Part shown: positions 1 to 12,500 of the stretch, in pieces
How the letters are laid out: every line of letters starts with the position of its first letter
How positions within the stretch are numbered: the stretch's first letter is position 1
Origin: Balanoglossus misakiensis
Lineage: Eukaryota; Animalia; Hemichordata
DNA: 64,000 nt
Assembly: GCA_040954595.2 (NCBI GenBank)
Contig: CM082578.2
Location: 18,060,728 to 18,124,727, forward strand
Direction: 5' to 3'
Position numbers and translations under genes: made by a program
Notes under the pieces: generated by a model
Databases searched by the model: none
What the model was told of the DNA's origin: nothing
The model's input: only the letters and a program-made list of their open reading frames with translations

Positions 1-2310
1 GCAGAGTTGTTTAAAAAAGAATGAAAGTCCTGGCAATTCAATGAGAAATGTTATGTGTTTCATGAAAACCTAAAGTTAGCTTTTATGTATCTTTACAGCA
101 CTAACAGGATCATGTTACCGTACTTGTCGTCATGTCAGGGATTTTACAATGTTACTTCTGAGATTTAAACCAGAGAGGTTAGCAGTGACGAATTAAAGCT
201 ACTGGTGACAGGTATCTGTAGTTACCTGAATTTAGTGACCCACACAGCAGTAAAAAAAATGCCAAGATGCCAAGCACATTAATCTTCATGTCCAGGAACC
301 CACTCAGTTTGTGATTTATCATTCACTATGCAACATATCCTTCATTTGGACATTTTTTATTGAGGGAGAAATTTTTCGTAACACGCGTCAAAGTATGATA
401 CACCCATTGGCAGTGTCCGCATCACTTTTTTATCCAGCTGTATAAAATTTGTACCTAAAGACAGACAGACAGGAGACATGTAGCCACGAGGACAGTTCAA
501 AAGGGGAAAAGATTAAGCTTCTAATAACTGCCACCTCACAAGTAGTATGCCAATATTTGCAACTACACTCAATAATAATATATTGCAGACTTTTGAACTG
601 TCTGAAGAGTTTTTGTCTGGAGTTTGAAGCAGGCAGATAATATAGTAGGGTTTGCTAATCAGTTTATCTGAATGGGTCATTCCACTGCCATTTTGTTTTT
701 CATGGTTAGAAATAGTTTCATCACTATATGGAAACGGGTTTGTATTATGTATGTCTGTCTGTACGACGTCCTTGTGGAAAGTGATGTTGTTGGCGGAAAT
801 GGTGACCTTTTGGGACCTCTGGTATCCTGCTCTGTCGGGTGACCTCTGACCCCACTATATGTACACAGAATGCTTCCCAAAAATCCCTGTATTTAGTTTA
901 TATGGAGTCAGTACTCAAGCATCATTGTGTACGGTTCATGGGGAATTTTCTCACCCTTTCAAACATGTGCATAATACATTTTTGTTTACTTTATCAAACA
1001 GCTCACCTAATTGCTTAAAAGGAAAAGTAATCTTTTTTCATGTTGAATCACTGCCCAGAATATTGATGTTATGTATACTGTTATACATATGCAAAGAAAA
1101 ATGCTCTACTTTTTAAAAATATGACATTTGTGACTTGAATCACAGTAGGTGGTAGAACTGTATCAATTTGACTTAATTTCACTGAAATTTTAACCACACA
1201 GAAACGTAAGTTTTTATTTCAAAGAAATGAAATCTACACCATGATAATACCATGCCAGCATTCTTTGATGATATTATCACAGTTATCAAAAACTTACCAA
1301 GGTGCTGGAAAACTGCCAAAGAATGTAGTCATTTCTGCATGAAATGGTCCCGTCATTAATAATCCTGGTCCAGTCATTTCATTATATCCTTTTACAACAG
1401 AAAAAGAATTTCTAATTATAGGATTGCTTAAGCAGTATTGATTTCTACGTGATTGCCTCTCATTATTTTCAAGAGAGCATTTTTTCTACGATGATTGAAT
1501 CACCCTTGTTTGATGATGAGATATTTTTGACATCAGAGTGACAGCACTGTTTGATTACTTTTCTGAGGGAAATATAGTATTTTGTGTAACTTTTGCAGGT
1601 AAAATGGTTATATGTCATTATGATTTCACTCCTCCAGTTTGTCAGTATTGTAAGTTGGTTGATCATCACTTTCTGTTGATACATTAGATAATTGCATTTT
1701 TCTGTTTGATGTCATGTAAAGTGTTTGGTTCTGTGATGTGTAATTGTGATGTGATGGATGAAGACTTTCCTGTTCATTGTATGCTTTACTTGAACTTTTA
1801 ACGTTCATGTTTCATTTCAATTCTTATGCAATAATTGCAATAACATTTTCTACATTTGGTAATGTTCACTTTCACACATGCAAATTGATTGCCATCACAA
1901 AATCTTCATATTCGGTGTCCAGAATGATCAGTTGTAAACATCAGTACATGACCAATACATGTTTTGACAGTGTGTGTGTAATACTCTTTGAAGGAAGTTG
2001 AAACAGATTTATTTTGATTATTTCACTGCCTGTTTAGCGTAAATTATCATAGCAATAATTGTGATTTCCAAGTTAAGTTCAGCAGATATGTGTTATATAT
2101 TGTGAAAATGTTTGATGTCATGAAAAGAGTAAGATTTGTGGTAAAGTAGAACTTTTCTTTGCTTTGGGGGCACAATGATTGTTGTTCCTTGTGAATTGTT
2201 GTCCCCTAAAGTTAAAAAGCTGAATTTAGACTGTGTAATTGTGATGTTAGTCTGTTTAGACATGCCTTGTTTTCCACACATCACTTGTATGTAGTCTTAT
2301 AACAATAAAG
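1..2310 (+). other. Probable long 3' UTR of an upstream + strand gene
   Basis: T-rich on +, no credible ORF or exon, ends at AATAAA 2304-2309. Inference only. Confidence 0.3.
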
Positions 2311-2410
2311 TTCACAACCACATGGAACTACCGAGTCTCTTACGGTGTCTACATAAACAGAAAATTATGATGACTGCGTTGCTGGTACTTCCCATGAATG
2401 TCCACAATGT

Positions 2411-2455
2411 CAACAACAACAACAACAACAACACCACCAACAACAACAACAACAA
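2411..2455. repeat. (CAA)n microsatellite with CAC interruptions
   Basis: Directly visible. Confidence 0.95.
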
Positions 2456-3149
2456 TGGTACAACACCAGCAACAATATCCAGAAAACTATCTAATGTATT
2501 ATATGTGTGTATGTGTGCAATATGTGCATGTCTCACCATCTCAAATGAAGCAGAGCAACACAATATTTTGTTTTCACCAATAAAATAGTTCTCTTTGATC
2601 CACACACTGTGAGCGGAGTTACAATCCAAATCACAAACTAGAACAAGTACCAATTTACCAATGCACCATAAAATCCATCAGCTTCAAGTCAAAGAATTAC
2701 TTCTCCTTTGGCAATACAAAGGACACACTCTTTACCTTCCCTATCTTTTTTACAAAGTAAAAGAATGGAAGAAGTTTCCATAAATGCCCTTTTCATATTA
2801 TCAACAGTAGAGGGCACCCTTTAAAGAAGATGGTATGCCCCAGCAATCTTGACTGCTTCACTCATACATTACAGGAAAAGACATCACTCAAAACTGGTAT
2901 ATTTTACATGTATGATAAAAATAAAAATGATACAAATAATAAAGATTACATGCAAACTTAACAAACTAAAATAAATCTATGATTGTGGTGAATAAAAAAT
3001 AATCTACAACAGTAGTTTACATATAAAAAAAAGAATAGATAAAAATCTACATTTTATAGAAATGCTACTTTGAAGTGTATGCATGGTGGTGTTTTGAAGA
3101 AGAACTAAAACTAACATGCATGTGTGGTGTTTGGTCACTCACAACAATT

Positions 3150-5206
3150 TCACTGTCTGTCATACATGTTTTTCAACAAAGCGTAGCTCTCCGAGTACCG
3201 TCCTAGGTTTGCTTGTGAGGATTCCTTCCATCTGAAATAAAGAACACATAATGACATGAATACATGCTATCCTTCTCTTGTTTAACTACAAGAGCCATCA
3301 ACAAAAGTAGTCCACTGTGTTATTTCAAATGGGTCTGTTGGAGGCAATCCCAATCAACAGGTCAGAACACAGAACATGTCACTGAATCTCTCTTAAATTA
3401 AAAAATAAACACACACTCACTTTTGCCTAACTTGCTTCCATCTTTTGAGATGATCACCGAGCAAGACAGATGCTGAAGGCGCCTGATCAGGGTCCTACAA
3501 ATAAACCAATATGGTACATGTAGTTTGATTTTGTACTCAGTTCAACAGACATTTTACAAGCTTGTTCTGAAATCAAAGACTACAGTAAAATAAATAAAAC
3601 AAATGGCACAATTTTTAAACCTTAAGAAAAACTTCATACCCCAAAAAGTAATTACTGTGATGAAATGTTGCTACTTACATCATACATTCGAAACTCTTCA
3701 TCGGGTTGTGGAACAGGGGATGGTACTCTTATATCTCTGCTTTCAATGTCGATCACAGAAGGTAATGGAGGTGGCAAACTGTAGACATTCTTGGCGTCGT
3801 CATCACTCTGAAAGGCAAAATAAACAAAGTTATGCAGGACGACGTTGTCAGACGACTTTCCTGGATGTTGTTTTCAAAGTGAGGTGGTGGCCTTTTTGCA
3901 ACTGAAGAACACTCTCTGGCCAGCAAAGACAAAAAGCAGTGCTGCCCTAAGGGCAGATCTATAGTTTTTATGTCACATTTCAAACATTCTGCCTGTGCAT
4001 GCTGTCCCCAGGGCATCTATATGACAGTGCTGATGGGTCATGCATTTGTCAAGGTCCATAAATAAGAATAAAGTCTTACATCATCGCACTGGGGAGGTTC
4101 TGGTGTTGGTGATCGTCTGAAAGACCGTCTTGTGTTTGGTTGATTTAACATCCATTCACGGCATATAGCATACAGTTGAGTGTTGTTGTCAAACTGGGCT
4201 AGATCAACACTTCGATCAAATAACTTCATTATGTAGGTGTCTGGAACAACAGATACAAAGGAAAAATTTAAAGCGTATAAACATTAATTAACATTCTGCC
4301 AACTTATAACACCTTTAATGAAGGAACTTGTTAAAACTGTTTGGGTGGAATTCTGTCATTCTCCATGAAAAATACGACCAATGTATATAAATTTTTCCGC
4401 CATGAAATATGTCAACTCACGTTGTAGACGAGTGGTATCCACAGTAACCTTATCAGAATCATTTCCAGCACTGTCCTTTTTCCTTCGTTTCCGTGGATTT
4501 TTACCACCGCCTCGTTTACTCGGGCTGGCACTTGTACTGGGAAGGTCACTGAAAAGAACATGAATCAGAAATCATACATTTCATGTATTTTGAGAATGAG
4601 CAGTTCAAAAATCAGTCTTAATGTAATCAGACATTCATAACCGATTCTTGATTGCAGTTCTGTACTGTACTTGAGTAGTTAGTCAGAAGCCTGAGAGTAT
4701 TGACATTGAATATATTGAATTAATTTATGTGAGTGTGTTTACATTGACGTGTGTATCTGAATGTTGAAAACTTACTTGCTTGTTGACAGTTCAGGTGACA
4801 ACTTGATATTGATGCTCTCGTCTTCAGAAATGACAGCACTAGTAAAATAACATGAATGATCAATTACTTTAAATATCTTTGAAATATAAAATTGTGAGTA
4901 TCAAATTATGACTATCACATGATAACCATTATAACTTGCATGATATCATGATGGTGATGAAATTTGTTCTTTACATGTTATATCAGGCTGCAGTCAGTTG
5001 ATACCAGAGCATGTGTATTAAAGGAAGGAGTCAAAAACCATCATTTGAATATATATTCAGAATATATTAACTTACTTATCTTCTGCTTTGTCTACCAAGT
5101 TCTGTAAAACGCCATCTAACTTGATTCTGGCTTCATGCACCTCAAATCCATCATTTCTCTCCTGTTTAATCCTGACATGTGATCCACCTTTCCTTGGACT
5201 ACTCAT
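3150..5206 (-). CDS. LIN37: Protein lin-37 homolog (MuvB/DREAM subunit), 255 aa
   Basis: GT-AG exons 5206-5076, 4838-4776, 4548-4421, 4240-4080, 3807-3679, 3494-3421, 3231-3150 total 768 nt in frame. Motifs EARIKLDGVLQNLV, YIMKLFDRSVDLAQF..LYAICREWM and C-terminal WKESSQANLGRYSESYALLKNMYDRQ* match LIN37. Probable non-coding first exon ends near 5383. Confidence 0.93.
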
Positions 5207-5379
5207 TGTGTCTCCAATCAATCATTAAAGGAACATTTGTTTTATTGTAATCCTACAAAAGGTGAAAAGGGAGAAAGTGATAGTCGTCTGTCTTTATGTT
5301 TAAACACATAGACGAATACAATGTAATTTCGGGGCGTATCATCAATTTTGCCATCACAGAATAAAGTATAACTCCTACT

Positions 5380-5647
5380 CACTAGATTCGATATTTCAAA
5401 GTTCCATAAGTGATGAGATAATGAAGTGTATCCGCCAAATGGTTATTATTTATCAGAATTTCACTCTTCTCACTTCGAAAGGGACGCCATTACAAACCGC
5501 ATACCCAGGTCACTGTGTTAGGCGAGGTCCTATTGGTCCTTTGATTGCCGCAACTACGTAAATATGAAAGATACGCCATGATTGGTCTTTCAGGGTTAAG
5601 AGGAAAGGTGTTACAAACGTTCTGCTGCTGCAGAGTGGAAACCGGAA
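5380..5647. promoter_or_regulatory. Bidirectional promoter shared by LIN37 and RRP9
   Basis: Start codons are 441 bp apart on opposite strands. CpG-richer than flanks; ATTGG (CCAAT) at 5532-5536 and 5581-5585; ETS-like CCGGAAAT at 5642; CDE/CHR-like element at 5474-5489. Confidence 0.7.
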
Positions 5648-8600
5648 ATGTCGGGCTTCTTCATCAGGGGGAATAGGGCTTCGGCCAAAAAATCGACGTC
5701 GCTGACAGGAGTTAAGAGAAAAGTAAGATATTTCGATAACAGATCATTTGTTTAACCATCTTTCCTGCGAGAGACACGCTTGAAAGAATAGACTCAACTT
5801 CACTCAGTACAGACAGACACGCTCACGCATGGTCCACTCGCACACGTGGGTCACACTGCGTTCGTTCGCATACGATTACCACAGCGCAGCTGTTTTTATC
5901 TCTCTTGATTTCTGTATCATCATCAACACGTCACGACTTTGCTATTGAGTTGGTGATCTGCTTGCGGTGTGCAAAATGATCAAAACAAAAAGGTCGCACC
6001 TACACTCTCTGTTGACCCCGACCACGTTATTGACCTACAGATAAACGTTACTTCCGGGTTACAAACCTAGCCATTAAAGTAACCAAGGCTTGGGGAATGA
6101 GAATTTTTCTGAGTGCATCAAGTATCACTCCAGCTCTCATCCCCAATTTACTGCTGCATTCATTTTGTACAATTATTGTTCAATTATCAGAAATCTGCCA
6201 AAGATGCAAGTGGAGGAGACAGGCAAAAGTTCAAGAGAAAAGGGAGACCAGGTGTACAGAATGAAGAAATTGAAAGTGAATCAGAAATTGAAAGGTATCA
6301 TTTGTTTACATAAACATCTGGCGTTATTGTGGTGGTTTACCTCCTTTGAATGAAATGAAATGGCTGTTCCTTTAAAAAGAAATGCTGAACGTGTCATGTG
6401 TGTTTTTAGGAAACTTGCCAATTTATTTTGTGCATTAAAGTTGGAAGATGATATTGTAATTGCAGCAATGAAGAAGAAATGGCGGAGTCTGAATCTTCAG
6501 ATGATGAAACTGCCCAGGAGAAAAGACTGAGACTTACAAAACAGTACCTTGCAGAATTAGAATCCCAAGGTATGATATGAGCTGTCGGTCGAAGCACAGA
6601 GATATGAACAGACAATTACTGTGATGACATTATCAACTTTGAAGATGAGAGCTGCCATCTTGTGAGAGAAATCATCCTCAGTGTATGAATTTTGATCTTT
6701 CAGAAAAAGAGAAACAAGAATCAGAAGATTTGTTAAAAGATGCAATCTCACACAGATTACAGGAAGAAGTTGTAAGTGTATCATGAATACAGTATCATAA
6801 AATTCACAAACTTTAGTATAGAATTCAGGGATTCCTACAACAGGACTAAGCCCTCAGTGTGTAAAACCCAACTTTACTTCGTTTTGATATGAATGCTGAC
6901 ATGACTTATTTTACAGTGCATTGGCAATACTGAATGCAAATCACAGATTTTCACTTGGTGTGTTTATTTCAGTTGGAACAAGCTGGTAGACTTCAAAGAA
7001 AGGTGGCCCAGGATTATGAAGAACCCTGCCAGGACGACATCAGAATTCTACGTGGCCATCAACTGTCGATCACATGTCTGGTCGTATCACCAGATGACAA
7101 ATACATATTTTCTGCTGCAAAAGATTGTTCGATTATAAAATGTGAGTAGGACACATTTCCATGTGTTTCTGTTAAATCTGAATATGTAGCCAAATGTTGT
7201 CAACAAATGAGCTATGCACCCTAGTCCTAACTTGTGTGAATTTTACATCCACAGGGAATATAGAAACAGGAAAGAAGGAGTGTGTGATTCCCGGAGGACG
7301 GAAAGGAACTGAAGGAAAACATAAGGGCCACACTGCTCATGTTTTATGTTTGGCGATTTCATCAGATGGAAAATTCTTAGTAAGTGGGAAAGACTTTTTT
7401 CGGTTGATTTTACCTATGGGTGAAGGTTGATGTTATTTGATATACGTTCTCTTTTTTCCTTGTGCATAGGTTTCTGGTTGTAGAAACAAAGTAATCCATG
7501 TGTGGAATCCGGTAAACTGTGACTTGATTCACACTTTCAAAGGACATAGAGATGCTGTATCTGTGAGTGGTACCATTCCAGAATTTGTCTCATATTTAAT
7601 GACAGAATTCTTTTCTACCATAACATGTATTTCATTACTCAAATTCATATTCATTGTTGCCATATAGTGATTTTGCCATCTCCTGACCAGACTGACTGAA
7701 CATCGTATGGTATTTTTTGCAGGGTTTAGCATTCCGAAGAAATTCACATCAGTTGTTCAGTGCGTCACATGACAGATCTGTGAAAATATGGAACTTGGAT
7801 GAAATGGCCTACGTAGAAACCTTGTAAGTTTGTGTGGTTTGCGAGTGAGGCTTCGACATTTTCGCACTCTAACTTCTGCAAGGGTTCAAATTGTATTTTA
7901 GGGTAAAAAAGGAGTGGTTCGTTCTGTCAACAAGTACATACACAAGCAGAAACAGAATATAAAGAGGAATGCAAATGAAGTCATGTGCATAAGAGATGTG
8001 TGTTTTTTCCTACAGATTCGGTCACCAGAATGATATCACTGGAATTGACAGTTTGAGTCGAGAGAGGGCGATAACATCTGGAGGGCGTGATGGCACAGTC
8101 AGAATCTGGAAGGTGATCGAGGAATCACAGTTGGTGTTTCATGGACATCAAGGTTGTATTGATTGCATACAGCTGATAAATGAAGGACATTTCTTATCAG
8201 GAGCTGATGATGGGTATGTGGAATTCTACTCTTGTTTTGTTACTGTTGGGTAGAGTGTATCTGTGATCACCAATAAAGATTGCCAAATCTACTCCAACCA
8301 GGGTTTGTGTAGTTAAACTTATGAACCTGGAAAAGAAAACAGTAGAGTTCTTTCTCATGTGTAATGTGTGTGTCTTGTGTATCAGGTCTCTAGCACTGTG
8401 GAGTGTAATGAAGAAGAAACCCACAGTTGTTGTAAAGAATGCCCATTGTAGCAATTCAGAGAATGGTAAAGTTGTTGAAGAGAACTGGATCACAGCTATC
8501 GCTGCATTGAAGAGTACGGATGTAGTTGCATCAGGTGAGTGTGTGTTGAAAAACAAGTGGTAAAAAAAATTACTGGTAATGCTGATCATTGACAAGTATT

Positions 8601-9136
8601 TGTGTCGAGTTTAACATGTCCATTGGGTTACAGACGGTATTCTGTTAGGCATCACATCAAAGAAATCAACCCCTGCATGATGTGCATTGAAGTCTGATCT
8701 CAGCAAACCCCTTGACAACTGCAGTCACCCACTGTTCATACAAGATCACATTCTCACCAGCCATCTAATATTTACATATTGGTTTCAGCAGGATCTAAAG
8801 ATTGCAACATCCGTGTGTGGCAGTGTGGAGATCACTTCAAGTCATTGCAACCGCTGTTTCAAATACCTGTGGTGAGTTGACTTCTGACCCTTGGCCTAGT
8901 ACGGCTGACAGATGTACATCTGACAATTAGTTTCACGAAATCTTCCTAACTATTTTGTTTGTCCTTTTCCCCATCCTCTACAGGTTGGTTTTGTGAATGC
9001 TTTGGCGTTTTCAAGTGATGGCAGTTTCCTGGTGGCTGGTGTTGGACAGGAACACAGACTTGGACGATGGTGGAGACTCAAGGAAGCAAAGAATAGTGTT
9101 GTTATCATCAAACTAAGAAAGAAAGAGAACTCATAG
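5648..9136 (+). CDS. RRP9: U3 snoRNA-interacting protein 2 (U3-55K, WD40), 472 aa
   Basis: Exons 5648-5722, 6191-6294, 6466-6569, 6704-6771, 6973-7141, 7255-7379, 7470-7562, 7723-7823, 8016-8213, 8386-8534, 8792-8871 (NAGNAG alternative 8789), 8984-9136 total 1419 nt in frame. ETAQEKRLRLTKQYL, WD repeats and C-terminal AGVGQEHRLGRWWRLKEAKNSV match RRP9. AATAAA at 9185. Confidence 0.95.
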
Positions 9137-9271
9137 CATGATTATTTATTTGATCTGTATGTGCTTTTTTCTTACAGAAAGTGGAATAAAATATTCCTGG
9201 ATAGAAAAATACTGTTTTTTGAGCTTCATTATTAACTCATACACAGAGTGAGATGACAAACAACTTAATTT

Positions 9272-9359
9272 TTAACCCTTTCACCATCATGGTTCAGTCT
9301 AAGCCCATTGTATTCTAAGGTTGGACACTTATATCGGAAACTATGGGTAAAAGGGTTAA
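9272..9359. mobile_element. ~90-bp MITE, copy 1 (TTAA-CCCTT termini, piggyBac-like)
   Basis: TTAACCCTTTCACC...GGGTAAAAGGGTTAA terminal inverted repeats; related copies elsewhere in the window. Confidence 0.7.
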
Positions 9360-9580
9360 AGAGGAACATTGCTATGACTTCCAAGGAGGATGACCCTGGA
9401 AGTTCACTATAGAAATACAATGATTACCATTAGGTTATTTATGACTAATGACATGTATGATGACAGGACTGAATAAAACATGCCTGTATTACCAAAATAG
9501 CATAAAATACTTTGATTCATTCATGAAATCTTTTATAAAAGGATGGCAGTTTCGTTCTCGTCTGTATATTAAAGTTCTCA

Positions 9581-12500
9581 CTAACCAAGAACCTGATCGA
9601 TCCAGGGATATAATTTATAAACTTTAGTGTAAAAGCCAAACTCATCTTGTTTGCCGCATCCATCGCCCCAGCTCACAATTCCAGAAAGGTACCACCTGTT
9701 ATTTCTCTTTTGAACGAATGGACCACCACTGTCGCCTTGACACGCATCCCCGGTCAGTGCGCGTCTGTAACCGGCACAAAACATATTTGATGTCATTATG
9801 TATGGCTTTGCAGATTCCTCGCAGTCGGATTTGCGTTGGACAGGCACGTTTACTTCATTCAAATATCTGGGAAAGGCCCCTAGTTCAAGCACGCGGCCCC
9901 AGCCTAACACACGCCCTACTTGGCGTCTCTTCAGCATATCCTGGGCCAACTCTTTGCTCGGAAGGCAAATTGGTCTGATGTAATCGGTGAACTGGATTCT
10001 GTTGGCGAGTTTAATCAGCGCAATGTCGCCATCGAAATCGAAGTATTGAGGGTAGACCTCCACCTTGGCGATTTCGAAGATCTTCTCTTCGGCCTCCACC
10101 AACATGTCATCGTAATCTCCCAGACGAACTTGTACCATGTCTTCGGGAAGGCCTGAAAAGCAATGTGCAGCGGTGACGACCCAGTAGTCATTGAGGATGC
10201 TGCCGCCACAGAAGTGGGTGTTGTCGTTAATATTCCATAATCGAGCCATCCAAGGTGCCGAACCCTTTGCTGCCGTCTTCCCGCCAACAATTCGGAATCC
10301 GTCTTCTGCCTCAAGCTCATCATCCTCAGTGTTGTTACCAACCGTCACTGTACCACAGACTGTCACAAAAATAATAGACATTTTGTTTTATATCGGTATG
10401 GTTATTTGGGCTACAAAGTTTATGTCTCAGCAATGTATGTTTAAAGCATTTGCATTTGTTCTCTTGGGCTGTTGCTAAGGTGACAGGAGATTGTAATATT
10501 TGATGATTATCCTGCGACATTGGATCATTGAGAAATTGAAACATCTTAATCTTGTTTTTCCACATTCATTCGAAGAATTGTGCTCGTGTCCACTTTGTGA
10601 ATGACAATCAGAACAAGTAACCGGCCACAAATTGGTCTTCGCAAGTTCAACTAATAAAAACGAACATATCTTACTCTCTTCTGTCGATTTTTTTGGAACT
10701 ATAGTCAGTTGCGCAGATGCTGAGGCTAGCCTTTCACCATCCGCGCCTATGGCAACGCACGTGTACCTGCCACCATGCGACAACAGTGCCATAGTAACGA
10801 ACAGGTCGTTGCCATGGAGCTGGAAAATTCTGTGGTCAAACTGGATAGGCTGGCCGTCCTTTTCCCAGCTGATGGAGGCTTCTGATGTTGATACGACCTC
10901 ACAGTGAAATGCATGATCGTCATCTTCATCTATGGATGCATCCGATGGCATAACATCAAAGACATCAACGTTGCCTTGGGAACCAGCTGAAACAATATAT
11001 CCCAAAATATAAACAAATGAGACAAAATGAGACAAAATGGTCGCTCTGTTCCTTTTTGCCATCAATAATCTACACAGTTGTTTGTCTGTATGTTAGAAAT
11101 GAACGGACTCCCTCTTTAGATAATGTTAAAATAAATTGCCAAACATTTCAAAGAACATCTAATAGTTGTGGCGTTAGCATTAAACGGACACTCGAAATGC
11201 ACAAGGATGACGATGTAAAAGAGATGTGTCCAAGGGAAACAGTTCTAATGTTGACTTTCTTCGCAAAACATTGAAATTGCGTTTCGTTCAGTCCATTTTA
11301 GAAGTTGATATTTGATCTTGACCTTACCAACGTGTATGAGTGCCGAGGCTGTAATAGCAATCCCGCGACTGTTCCGAATTTGACACGCGTATGTGGCCAG
11401 GTGGTGTTCGCCTATCTCGGGTATGATGAAGAGTCCATCGTCTAGGATGTAAATTCCGTCGTTTGCACCTACAAGCATATTTCAAACATTTTTTCAGCGA
11501 ATTGCCTAGGCTAGTAGGATCTATTAGTACACCTCCCAACATCAACAGTGTCATTTTAAAGATGCATTACCTTCTTTGCTGAAAATATGCGGTGAATATC
11601 TCGAACAATCAATAGACTGAAGTTATAAACGAATTCCAAATGGATTTGCCGATATTTAACTGTTTGAGGCGTTAGAGAATGTTGGATTGAAACAAGAAAA
11701 TATTTTTCTAACCTTGGTTTAGCAATTCTCCATTTTTAAACCACAGGATAGTGACGTCATCTTGATTGGCAGTACATTGTTGTGTGACTGAGTCTCCAAT
11801 TTCTACCGTCAGGTCTTCGGGAGACTGGGTGAAGAAAAGTTCCTCTTGTATTTGTTGGTTATTACCTGGCAAGGCTGGTGAGGACAAACGGATAGTGGGA
11901 GCTTGTTTCAGAAAATGTGTTGCTAACCAAAATTACAGATAAGAATTGACAAAATGTTTCCACAGTCGGCTGTAGAATCATCGGCGTTGACCACAGTGAT
12001 ACCGCCTCCACTGACACGATTTCCCTATGAAAAGAAAAGTCTACCTCCATTTTCCCGCAGTTTCAAACACACATTTTTTTTACACATTTGCTTCCTTCAA
12101 ACACGAGTTAAGAGTGGACTGTACCTTCAGCTTCAAACTCAAAGTAGAAGCCTCGCCGGTTGTCTGAGCCGTCCGACACAAAATGCAGAAACAAAGAGTT
12201 TCCTGATGACGTAATTGGATCTGGTATCTCGTTTCCACAGAAGGTATGTAAAGTAGCTGCATCTGAAAAATTAGAGAGAAATACAGAGATTCATACTTCG
12301 AATGAGAGTAGATTTCCTGAAAAGTTATAAACGTGCCATCGATTTCTGAGGTACATCAAAGTAAAGCGGTCTCTTGGGATGTTCTACAGTTTCCTAGTTT
12401 TAACGGTGTGAGATAGACACAATCCTCGCCCGCCAAGGTCTTGCTCTCCCATACCTTCGCTGTTTCCATCTTTTACAACCAGATAATCGAACGAACATCC

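Noticed and set aside
2312-2653. Poly-N, poly-T and poly-L ORFs
   Set aside because: Artefacts of the (CAA)n microsatellite; no splice or homology support.
6295-6465. RRP9 intron 2 donor GTATCATTT as a U12 intron
   Set aside because: Mismatch in the core ATCCT and no CCTTAAC-like branch site.
6570-6703. Box C/D snoRNA in RRP9 intron 3
   Set aside because: A box C-like GTGATGA is present, but there is no downstream CTGA or terminal stem.
9718-10478. Overlapping ORFs antisense or off-frame to the protease exon
   Set aside because: Shadows of a GC-rich coding exon.
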